NCBI GenBank assembly: GCA_030248215.1
Contig: JASANG010002922.1
Coordinates: 1-64,000 of the forward strand
Source of the DNA: Enoplolaimus lenunculus
Lineage: Eukaryota
DNA: 64,000 nt
Reading direction: 5' to 3'
The notes under the pieces were generated by a model. The model did no database searches, had not been told where the DNA came from, and saw only the letters and a list, made by a program, of their open reading frames with translations. Shown here piece after piece: positions 26,570-38,137 of this stretch. The translations under genes and the position numbers were made by a program. Numbering within the stretch: the stretch's first letter is position 1; every line of letters begins with the position of its first letter.

Positions 26570-29500
26570 TATACATCGTCATCTTCCAAGATCCGCCGTC
26601 ACTGGTTCGAAACTAACAACAAATACTGGGTACTATGCTTGCTTTACCACCACAAAAGTCCCCTATGTTGGTACTAACGGTCTGCACGACCCCTGTTTAA
26701 AGTTTTGCCCATAGTTAATGACCACGCCGGGAATCGAACCTCGGCCCTCTTGCGCTCGAGCCAAGCATGCTACCACTACACTACGCGGTCGTTGCAACAA
26801 CTTCTTATACCGGTATATGTGCACATGCATGGCAACATTTACTTTAACATACACTTACGTGCACATATACCGACACCCTACATATATAGGACCAAATCCT
26901 GTGTTTCTAAACTTGTAAAGAAAATAGATTTCCTAATCGCCTAAAACAATGTTTTTTTATTTATTCTTAGGCTTAGAAATATGCTTATAATACTGTTACG
27001 GCTCTGCTCTGTATATTGGTTTAAAATTTTATAGCCCGAAATGACTCCGGTGCGACCACAAATGCCCAAGGAAGATATTTTGAAATTTAATATAAAAGTT
27101 GTACATTCTTCTAACAGAATATATATTAATTTGTAATTTATAAAAATATTCTTTTATTTATAAATTGTTGGTCAAATAATGGTCAACACGTTGTTTGAAA
27201 TGGTTTATGTATAAGGTCAAACTAGATATAAAATCATTGTTGTCAGTTCAGCTGCCAAAACTGACAAACCTAATTCGGCCCATGTAAAGAGCGGGGGCGG
27301 AACGTTTTTCTGTCGGACTAGAATAGAGTAAGCTTAAGCGTTAGACAAATTTTTTTGTTCGGCGTAGGCTTAGGCTTAGGCTTATGCTTAGGTTTTGAAA
27401 TACGATCATTCTTCCACTTAGGTTTAGGCTTAGACTTAGGCTTATGCTTAGGTTTAGGAATACGCTCATTCTTCCACTTAGATTTAGGCTTAGGCATAGG
27501 CTTAGGCTTAGGAATATGCTTATTATGTTGTTCCGCCCCTGTTCTTCACATTGGCCCCTAATTCAAAGCCTAACAATTTTTGGTTATTATTTATTACTTT
27601 GAGCAATTGTTATTTTAACGATTTCAAACTGAAGCGCTACTGTATTTGCCCATTTTCTCAGATATGAATAGTAACTATTACCAGTTAGTGATAGGTTTTC
27701 AAACTGACCAGTTTTGCGGTTGATCATTTCAGTTTTTGAACAGAAATAGGAAAACTCAAACTGATAAATTGTACTGAATATCAAACCTTTTCGTTCAGTC
27801 ATTTCGACAGCTTCAACATCTATCGCAACACAACTGGTGACAGGTGCTATACACATTTGAGAATATGATTCCATAATCTCAAATACGCATAGTATTTATC
27901 AATAGTTAGCGATAGGTTTTCAAACTGACAAACTGTTGCAACCGCGAATTGCAAAATTGCTCCAAAAGTAGATTAACATAAAATACGAGGAACAGGCTGA
28001 GTATCAAAAATCACGGTTCTCATTGGTTCGAAAGCTACAAGACTTATCACCAACTGGTGATAGGGGCTATTCACGTTCGAGAATATGGGTCATGACCTTA
28101 CAATTCCGAAACAACACATTTGGTATCACAAACGGTCGGAGCCGCATTTTAATTGGCCGAAAAATTCAAACCGTGATATGTAAGCTAAGACTATAGGTTT
28201 TTGAAATTTTTTTACAAACCGACACCGTCCGGCGGTCGCCACCCTTAATACAACGTTCAACTTTGTCCAAAAAGTCTATTTCTACTAAAAAATTTTCAAT
28301 TATTACAATTAAAAATTTTCGCCAAATTTTAGCTTTATATATTTTGGTTCAATTTATAAATTTTTTGGCTCGATGACGTCATTCGAACAGCATTCAAGCT
28401 ATCCGAACGCTCCTTATACGATTACGCACTTGTGGACCATTAACAATTTTCAACACCATTTCGACTCGCGACAAACACTCGACAGTGTGACATTTCGGCA
28501 TACCAACGATCAAAGTTTGTACAACTTTTGCCTTAGAGTGTACAAGTAAATATAAGCTTGTCATGGATATTTCAATTTCATGTAAAAACAGTTTGAACAA
28601 AAGACTTTCAACGTACACTGTATCGATGTAAATTCCAATGAGTTGATTAATCAATTCAACTAGCGAGTTGGTTATTTCTGAGTTAATAGCAGAAAACTTT
28701 AATTCACTCTGAGTCGAGTTGATTCACACTCTGTGTTGAGTTGACTCTGGGTGAGTTGAGTTGACTCTGGGTGAGTTTGTTAATTAACTCAGAGTGAATT
28801 GAATCAACTCAAAATTTTGAGTTCTGATAGTCCTAACTTAGACTGAGTGACTCAAGTCACTCTGAATTGAAATCAACTCACTAAAATTTACAGTGAAGTA
28901 TGATGGCTATAAATCAGCAAATAAGCTGGCTGTTTTCGGACCGACATGCTTAAATTCAACGTCCATCGGGTTACCCCAGAAATATTCCCACTTAGTTATA
29001 ATCCATGGACCCAGTGGTATATCACCAACGCCTAAATCTCACCTAAGCAAGATCGTAAATCTAAATTTGAATCCAAATCTCAATTTGAGCTTGAATCCAA
29101 GCTCTATAGACTGAGTCGAAATGTGAGCAAACGTCGAGAGGTTTGCCGATTTTGTTCCGTATCCGTTCGATAAATTTGTGATTTATCATTATAAAAGTAA
29201 CAAAGCACATGCACCTGGAGCCATATTCTCAACTGCGTTTAGCACCTGTCTTATCCTCAATTAGCAATAGATTTTCATACAAGCGAACTGCGCATCCTGT
29301 GGATTTGAAAATTTAGGCACACGAAAGAAAAGGTTCCTGTACACTTTCACCAGATCTGAAATTAACGCATAATTAACGCGTAGGCTTGTCGTTAGGCTTA
29401 GGCTCAGGCAATGGCGTAGGCACAGGTTTAGGCTTAAGGCTTCGGTAGGAGTCTTTTCCGAAACCGAAGCCTAAAGCATGAGCTTAAGGTTTACGTTCAA

Positions 29501-32500
29501 TTAGTCTCTAGTTTGAAAGTTACCAGCCCTGTTATCATCTGCTATGTGCTCTCCACAGCGAAGAATATACCTCTTTATTCTAAGCTTAAGCAAAATCCTG
29601 AACCCAAGGCTTACGTTTGAGACTCTTCAGTTCGAAGGTTACAAGCCCCATTTATCAGCTAGCATGCGCTTATGCACAGCTAAGAATATGGCTCTTTAGC
29701 CTAAACTTAAGCCTAAACCTGAACCTCTAACTTGCGTTTAAAAGTCTCCAGTTCGAATGTCACAAGAGCTGTTCATCAACCGGTAATAGGTGCTCAGCAC
29801 ACCTCAGAGCATAACTGTTTAGTTTGACCCGTATTTCAGTCGAGAAGTCGAAAGTCATAGAATCGAATTTCATGTCCACATCATTCCACCACATCAACAC
29901 GACCGTGATCACAATCGTTCGATTTGGGGTACCATTTGTGTACTGGACAAAGATGGCAATCAGTCACGAAGCCGTGAATTTTACGTTTCTAATCATCGAA
30001 AAGTAGGGCCTAAAACGCGGTCCGCCGCCGGGCCAGTAACCAAAGGGGCCAGGCGTGGGGCTCCGGCCCCCTGCAAAAATTTTAGCCCCCCTACAAAATT
30101 TTACACCTTGCTTGCAAGTCACTAAAATCCCTTGAATGTCACTCCTGAAACATTTTTAGCGCTCGCCCCTAGCAAGGTGAGCTGGTTACGAGCATTGGTC
30201 CGCCTGAGCTGATTTGTGTTTTTTCTAACGAAAACAAACTTTTCTTATTTGAATAGGCGGTTCTAATTTTTTCCTTATGAAATAATTCGTCTATCCTAAT
30301 TGGAGCACTAACCACAAAGTTGCGGCCGTACGTAAATGTAAACCATTTCCTGTCTTAAAGTCTTATTATTAAGACCCTCAATATTATAAACATGTATCTT
30401 GGTTTTTCAATGTTTTTACCGCTTTTGTATATGAAGGCACTACATATACATCAGTGTTTTAACCAATTTCAAGCATCACCATGAAGTTTGCTACGCCTTT
30501 AAACTTTAGTGTTAGAATCACGCTTATACTGCGGAACTAAAGCAGTTGGTTAAGGGTTTATTTTCTGGTCATTTTTATTAACAAAATCTCGAAGCCAATC
30601 ATGACTGCATCGTTATTTTTTAGTCGGAAAGCTACGAAAGATTTATTTGTCTCTACTACGATGCGATTGCACAACGTGAAATTCAGCAATTTTTGCAATT
30701 ACTGCAATCTGACGGATCTTTGAAGTTGTTTGCGAAACTGTGGTATTACGATTTGAACAGTTATGATCGATTTTCAACGCGTTCGGATGATTCCCAGTTC
30801 CGACGTGCGTAAGTGACGATAGCGTTAAGCATGTGAGATATACTTGTCCTGGTGCATATGCAATATATTCAACGCACATTGTATAGTATGCTTGCCGGCA
30901 GTATACGGTCGACACATATATTATACGAAAGACGCAGTTGGACACGCGGGCTACGTGGCGCAATGCTAGAGCGCATCCCTCGGAATCCGCAGGCTTGAAG
31001 TTCGATCCTCGCTCGGTATGCCTGCTTTTCCAACAGCTTAATTAATCAGGTCTATGTCCCGGTTCGAACCTAGACTGACAGTTAACAGTTGGCTGATTTT
31101 GTACGCCAGTTGCTGCATTTACTCATGGACTTGAGCATAGGTTGCTGCGTGTTGGAGATTTTGTGAGATAGGTATACCTGTTCCGCTATACGAGCTTATG
31201 GTCGGGTTCGTTGTTCGGCATCGAAATGGTTCTATCTCAAAATGTTAAGCTTTACCTTAATATATTTATAGGCAGCGATTGACCCCACGCAGGCTGCCAT
31301 CTAGGTACTGTATTGACCCGAATAAGAGGGGGGCTGATATTTATTTGGCCTCTTCATAGGGTACCCTACCTTGTTATTCTGTTACGGACTGTTATTTATT
31401 TTTAACCCACGCTCCGCCGTCCTTCGTTACTGATATATCCGGTACTGCAACTATTCGTTGAATTAAACGTATATTTGTCTCGTATCAATAGTTTGAGCGA
31501 TAATAAAAGGTTATATTAGGAATGTACTTTCATAATTTACGTAGGCTTTAAAGTTTCGAACTCAAATTATTTGGTCCTGGAGTCATTTATGTGCTATAAT
31601 TAGGGTTAATTGACATTTATGGACTCTAATTAGGGTTTGGGGACTCTATCCGCTTACGAACTCTTATTAGGGATACGGACTCCTATTGATTCGGACCCAA
31701 AATGGGGACCCCCCTCCTTATTACCCCCTCTTATTCGGGTCATTACAGTAGGTACTTGATTACTTACCCATATAAAGTTTCCCCACACACATAACGACCA
31801 TGAGTCTAAATCTAAGCCTGAAAAGAAGCCTAAAGGTCTTGGCCCAATTCTCAAATGTGTATAGCAACTATCGTCAGTTAGTAAGATACTTTCAAACTCA
31901 CAAACTATTGCAGTTGTTGAACTCAAAATTGGTACAGCAGCAGAGAAAACCACACGCGACACACTTGCTGAATCTTGAGCATCATCATTAACCGGTTCGA
32001 AAGTTACAAAAGTTTATTGCCAACCGGTGATAGGTGCTATACTCATTTGAGAATACGGTCCTCAACTGAAGCGTGAGCCTAAACCTAAAGCTGCGAAGGT
32101 GTAGTCATATAAACACTATGGTGGGAAATTTTGAGTCTTTTCGGATTCCCACGAAAATCAGCGTTTGACTAAAAATGATCGGATTTGTGGAAAAGTAGAC
32201 AGGTACCGCAATGCACAAACTGCGTGCTATAGTGTGCGATACTATGCTTAGGTGAAAGTAGCAAAACCTAGATTGCGTTCATGGCACGGCAAGGCGCACG
32301 CCAGTAGCCAGCTCAACTTGCTACGGGCGTCAAAAAATTTTCAGGTGGGGCATACAGGGTTTTCGTTGACTTACAAGCAAGGTTGAAACATTTATACGGA
32401 GGCCAAATTATTTCTAGGGGAGTTATGAGCGGTCCATGACTCCAGTTGGTTACGGGCCCGGCGAAGCTTTTGTATAAATTGCTGTGACGGCTTTATTCAC

Positions 32501-35500
32501 CCGTGAATTTACAAAAAATGCCCCCTTTTATTATTTGAATTGAAAAGTTTTGCTTTTGCCCGAATATATAAACTTTACAGACTGGTTTTATTACTATGTG
32601 CCAAAATTGCCACTTCAGCGCACGTCGTTTGAATCCATTTGGTCCACCAACGCTGCCAATTGCTTCCGTTGAGCCTTCAAACACCTTGGAACCCCATCGC
32701 ACTGTAACATCAAGCGCGTCACAAATTTCGCCTAACGAATTTTCGTATACCGGAGCCGGATCTGACAATGATTTAGCATTGTTCCGATCCGGAATGTTAG
32801 CCGATTGTTATATTACCGTCACTGAAACCGGAAACACAACTCGTATTCCGGTACACAAAGTTATACTCTCAAGCCGAAGCAGCGTGTTCAGTACTATGTT
32901 CAGCTCAGGATTGCGTGGTAAACAGTTTAATTTTATTGTATGGAATATGCAAACAAGTGTTTAGGCTTAGGCCTAGACTTAAGAATAAACTTCTAAGTCA
33001 AACGTTTAGGCTTGTGTTGGGCCTTCGACGAATTTTTTCCTAAACCTGAACTTAAGCTGAGGCAAAACAGTAATCGTGAGAATGAAAAGCGGTGCCCTAT
33101 TTCATGGCGTTTAGGCTTGTGTTGTGCCTTCGGCGAATTTTTTCCTAAACCTGAACTTAAGCTGAGGTAAAACAGAAATTCTGCGAATTAAAAGTGGTGC
33201 CTTATTTCATGGCATTAAATATGCAATCAATGCCTATTTATGACGGGTAATTTATCCTGTATTCGGCCAATGTTACTTTTAGGTGCGAAACAGTAGATTC
33301 AGCGTATTCCTAAGCCTAAGCCTAAGCCTAAGCGTTGCAAAAATGTGTTCCTAAGCCTAAGCCTAAGCCTAAGCCTAAACAAAGAAATATAATTTAGAAT
33401 CTAAACCTACTCAGAAACCTGGACGCCCCTTAAAGTTACATGGGCCCTATATTCTGTGGTAGTTGTAGTTGGTATCTTTCATACGATAGCGATCGTTGAT
33501 CAAGCTGAAGGTTTCAGCGCCTATCACCAACGCTTAGCTTAAAAGTTTGTGCTTTACGCGACGCCCTTAAATGCAATTCTCCACCCGCTTTGAACAGGTG
33601 GATATTGCACGATTGGCGCATCGTTTCGACGTGCTTAGATATCTCAGAGGCAGGGAAAACCGTGCTCTGACTGTAACCAAGAGTGGATGATTATTTACAC
33701 AAAAGTGTACAACTGGGCACATTCTGTGTACCAAAGAATGCATCAAGTGCATATTGCGTTTTTGGCCGACTCTCTCCTGTTTAACCCTTTCACTCATAGA
33801 GTATACTATCAGAAACTAAATACAATAATGTACGAGCAATGCAGACACTGTGAACAGTGTTTAACATTTATAACATATATGCGCAGTGCAAAATCTCCAC
33901 AAGACGTGAGAGCCTACTCGGGCTCGAGCGTCCAGCTCCTGTAGCTCAGTGGTCATCGTAAACGCCTCTTTCCAGTGAGACTGGGGTTCGAATCTCACCT
34001 TGAAATTACATCTTATACGAAATTGAAAATATTCATGGGAGACAACGTTAAGGGCGGTGGGTTGGAAATTGTGAAGACGAAGGAAGTACATCTTATGCTA
34101 ATGGCCAAAAAGCGTTACATTTATATTGATAAAATTCCAGGTGTATCATGCGACTTCGGGCCATCCCCCCATAAATAAAAAGGGTACAGGAAAAAACGCA
34201 ACGCGCGGTGGTACATTTTGGTATGACACTAAATGTGACAGTTACACACTCTTGTCTAAAAGTGAACATTTACCTCTCGTTATTATTTACGCCGACCAAA
34301 ATGGTTTCAAGTGATAATTTGGGCTTAGTTAGTAATCTTTAATCTTTTTTCACGTTTCAAACAGCATCTTTCAAAACGGTTTTTGTAAGTGGGCGAAACT
34401 CTAAAATACAATGAAACGCTTGCGTATCGAAACGCTATCAATGAACGTTTGTTAACTTTTGTCAAAATGCCTTGTTTCGTCATAAAAAACGCTTTTTTGT
34501 AAACGCAAAAGCGAATTTTTTTGCAGAATCTAAAGACGGAAGTTCAATTGAAATCGTTGACTCGACACTCGAAGCCGTTCATATAATGCTCAACTGGATG
34601 TATGCACCTGCGATTACATTACCTGGTATATGCTTCTCTAAGCAGTTCTATTAATTACCGGTCAGGGACTGTAATCCAGATTTCAATTCAGGAGAGTATA
34701 AGCTCATGTAAAAGTTTTTTTGCTAGCGAGTGCAGCAAGCAATAAAACTTTTTTGAGCGCAAGATTTTGAAAAGTTTTTGCAGCTGCAAATTATTTATCA
34801 TACAATAAAGTTGAAATTTTTAATTTAATAGGAAACATTTGTCTTGCATAGTAATGGCTGTGTTTTACTTGCACAGCGTAAAAATTATGGAAGTTGGGTA
34901 AATGTTTGGAAATATTTATATTCTGGCTCTTTCACACTTCAGTCGCAACCTCACGCAGGGCCGGTGCATCCACCCCCCGTTCCCACATTTGGGGACCCCC
35001 ACACCTAAAAGGGCCCCCACGTTAACCGGTTAAAACAAAACCGTTTAAGTTTTAAAATGCGTCTGGCTTCTCGCTCGCTTCGCTCGCTGTTTGGTGGCTC
35101 CAACCCTGGAATTCGTGGAGAGCCTCCATCCCTGCCTGCTCCGGCACTGAGCTCAGACGTAGGTTGCCCAAGCCTTTGCCTATTAAGCCTTATGCTAAAC
35201 CTAAAGAGTGAGCATTGAATTTAAGTGGAAGCACATGAAGAATAGGCTACGTTGTAAATATTTTTCAGTTGCGATGCCAGAAATTTTCTTTTTCGGTGGA
35301 AATTGTGGTTTTCTAACTCGTCTAAGATGTTTTAATTTTTGATCCATGTATAAACCAGCGGCGGAACAGTAGTATAAGCATTTTCCTAAGTCTTAGCCTA
35401 AGCCTGAGCAAAACAATTGTCTAAAGCTTAAACATACTCTATTTTCCATCCATGGAACAACGTTCCGCCGCTATAATCTTTACATGGGCCTATTTTAAGA

Positions 35501-37025
35501 CAACGAAGAATTACTTCTGAACGTCCTGTCGCTTTCGCAAAAGTATGATCTTTCGAGTTTAAAGAAAGCAGTCGAACTCAAAATATCTCGTTGCCTCAAG
35601 TTATCGAATGTGATTAATTGGTGGCATCATGCGAAAATGTTTGATAGTCAAAGTAAGCCAAAGCTCAACGCGTCTGCATTGAACACCAATAGTGAGTAGT
35701 CTTGAACGCCAGTTATTGTTTGGGACAGCGTCCCATGTATAGAACAGGACCGTATCGTTTTCCGGAGGGGCTATAATGATTCTGTTTACGCTTTAGCCAA
35801 ATTTTTTTGCTTAGGCTTAGGCTTAGGCTTAGGCTTAGGCTTAGGAATAGGCTCATCCATGCACTTAGGCTTAGGCTTAGGCTTAGGAATAGGCTTAGGA
35901 ATAGGCTCATCCATACACTTAGGCTTAGGCTTAGGCTTAGGAAAGGCTAATCCATACGCTTAGGCTTAGGTGTAGGCTTAGGCTTAGGCTTAGGCTTAGG
36001 AATAGGCTCATCCATGCACTTAGGCTTAGGCTTAGGCTTAGGCTTAGGAATAGGCTCATCTATGCACTTAGGCTTAGGCTTAGGCTTAGGAATATGCTTA
36101 CACTACTGTTCCGGCCCTATTCTATACATGGGCCGGGACAGCCAGGAGAGCCAGATGAACGTAGACATATCATTTGACAGGAAAGCATGGTAAGATAGTT
36201 GAGACGTTAGGCCAAAGGGCCAATGTTACGTTTAAGACCTTATCTCTAGATTAAGCATATTCTAAGCCTAAGTGGGAAAATAAGTGTTAATCCTAAACCT
36301 AAGCCTACCACTGAGCAAAAACTAGTCCAAAATTTGATCTTACCTTATTGCAGTGGTACAAGAAAACGGGACGACCCAGAGAATGACTATTAATTGAATG
36401 CAAATAAACAGTACCAAATGTTGGACCTCACAATTTGTGGCCATTTCAAAGTTACATGACCTATCACCAACTGAATGCCAACATATCACTCCAGTAGGTT
36501 ATGCGTTGCTGAATATAAAGAAATTGTTTGATTTCAAGGATCCATAAAGTTAAGACTGGTAAGGTAATCAGTATAACCCCTGTGTCACTCGGTTTGTACA
36601 TGTCCCTTCTAAATGCTATACACATTTGAGAATACGTGCACTTATATATTTTAGCTTTACAATCTTCCTGCATACACTACATCGACACAAACCGCGAGCT
36701 GATATTCACATCGCAACAATGGCTTCTACTACAATCCACGTCTCCAAATATTGCCTCCGAGCTTCAACATGCGGTTAGCATCAACCAACATACCACATCG
36801 CTAACGAAGGCGGACGGGACCTTAGAACCAAGGACCAGGGATGGCCCGGGAACGGATCAAGAAATTTCCTCACAACCGGAACTTTTAGAACACGTTTCGA
36901 TACCTTACTCCAGGCGCAGCGCGTCTGATACGCCAGCCGTCGGCTATGAAGGTTATGAGACGGCAAGCTTGAGTAGTAGCAGTTCAAGCGAAGACGGCTT
37001 TGGTAACGCAAGTTGGCCTGCTTAA
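26570..37025 (+). CDS. MATH-BTB (SPOP/BATH-like) Cullin3 adaptor. Exons 26570-26629 (tentative), 28391-28545, 29840-30002, 30624-30808, 32619-32917, 34527-34625, 35500-35652, 36655-37025; start codon not resolved
   Basis: In-frame GT-AG chain. HLWTINNF...FCLRVY and DGSLKLF (MATH), IPVHKVILSSRSSVFSTMF (BTB), MLNWMY, KYDLSSLK, SNVI..W..A (BACK-like). Confidence 0.87.
26719..26790 (-). other. tRNA-like sequence (pseudo-tRNA or SINE head)
   Basis: GACCGCG TA GTGTAGTGGTAGCAT G CTTGG CTCGAGC GCAAG ... GGTTCGATTCCCGG CGTGGTC A. A 7-bp acceptor stem and A and B boxes are present, but the anticodon and T stems are mismatched. Confidence 0.7.
27277..27556. mobile_element. TTAGGC-carrying MITE copy
   Basis: TIRs plus perfect TSD CCTAATTC; internal unit duplicated. 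Confidence 0.9.
30946..31090 (+). mobile_element. Degenerate tRNA-derived SINE-like element (related copy ~38756-38881)
   Basis: A-box-like TGGCGCAATG, B-box-like GTTCGATCC, and shared 3' motif TAGACTGACA in both copies. Confidence 0.5.
31841..32060. mobile_element. MITE family with TIR GGCCCATATTCTCAAATG.GTATAGCACCTATCACCAGTT (copies ~27648-28090, 36460-36637, 41747-41995)
   Basis: Recurrent TIR and internal GGTTCGAAAGTTACAA motif. Confidence 0.75.
33265..33446. mobile_element. TTAGGC-carrying MITE, GGCCMATGTTACTTT TIR subfamily (also 37698-37887, 41043-41228, partial ~6040-6163)
   Basis: TIRs. Near-perfect 8-bp TSDs CTGTATTC/CTATATTC, CCCTGCCC/CCCTGCCT, CTTGACGA/CTTTACGA. Confidence 0.88.
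35730..36134. mobile_element. TTAGGC-carrying MITE with an expanded internal telomeric array
   Basis: TSD GGGACAGC. Runs of TTAGGC separated by five AATAGGCTCATCCATRCAC-like spacers. Confidence 0.92.
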
Positions 37026-38137
37026 AACTGGTTCAAATGTGTTGGGACTAAATAATGGATTTGATCCTTTAAATCAGGGGTTATAACTGGTGAAAGCTTT
37101 ATGTTTAGTTTACGCTTAAGAAATATGCGACAGTAGCAGAATTGAAAAAAGTTTTGAAATGTTGAACTCGAGTTTCGATTTTCGTTTCTAACCAATCGTA
37201 ATTCAATTTTAGCCGTTTAACTATTTGACATTTCTGTTGGCCGATTAATTGGTATTTGTTTTACATGGCAGTGTACTTGAGTATGAAGAATATGTTCGTT
37301 TTGGATATATCTACTCGTTTTAAGCAATGCCGTTAACTATTTTATTTCCGTAAAGCAGGATGTAACAGAATAATAAAAAAACCGGAAATTCTCTCAAAAT
37401 TACAGTTAAAAATAACGTATATATAATTCGTAATTTTTCATTACAAATAAGCTGCAATTGTTCGATCTGAAATAATAATTATGAAATTCAGCCAAAATGT
37501 TTTAAATTTCGGTGTGTCCGCTGTTTTTATTCTGTAAAAATGTAGAAAGCCAAGTGAATATTTTTGCACGCCTCAATCGTGTTGGCAGAAAAATAAACCA
37601 CTTGTAAAAGCTTTGTACTTGAATATCCGTTTTCCGTTTTCGTTATTTTGATCGATATCCGTTTGAGTTATTTTTGCTATCCGTTAACACCCTGCCCGGC
37701 CAATGTTACTTTAAAGGGCGTAACAGTAGATTAAGCGTTGTCCTAAGTCTAAGCTTCAGCGTTGCCAAAATGTGTTCCTAAATCTAAGCCTAAACCTAAG
37801 CCAAAGCAAAAAATGTAATCTAGAATAAACATATACTCTTTTGTAGACCCACCAGAAATCCGGACGCTCCTTAAAGTAGCATGGGCCCCCTGCCTTATAC
37901 TCAAAATTTCGAAAATAAAATTTACAGCGAATACAGCCATAAAATTTGTACGACGGTGTGGCTCCGCTATTTGAGCAGCAAACATCCATTCCAATATTTT
38001 CGAAGACTACAACAATTCAAATTCAGTGCGTTTCACTACTCAAAATTGGTTTAAAGTCGCAACGACTCACGCTATTCGACACCATAGTGACCATTGATTC
38101 CATGCCAGATCGCTCGAAAATCCTTTGATAGTTTTCG

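Noticed and set aside
33004..33213. ~105-bp tandem duplication
   Set aside because: Ordinary two-copy intronic duplication with no further structure.
14141..35910. ORFs rich in LGLGL, KPKPK or LSLSL (14141, 14251, 20026, 20752, 27355, 35713)
   Set aside because: Translations of TTAGGC/GCCTAA repeats within MITEs.
35809..36092. True telomere or telomere-addition site
   Set aside because: Bounded by TIRs and a perfect 8-bp TSD inside an intron of an intact gene.
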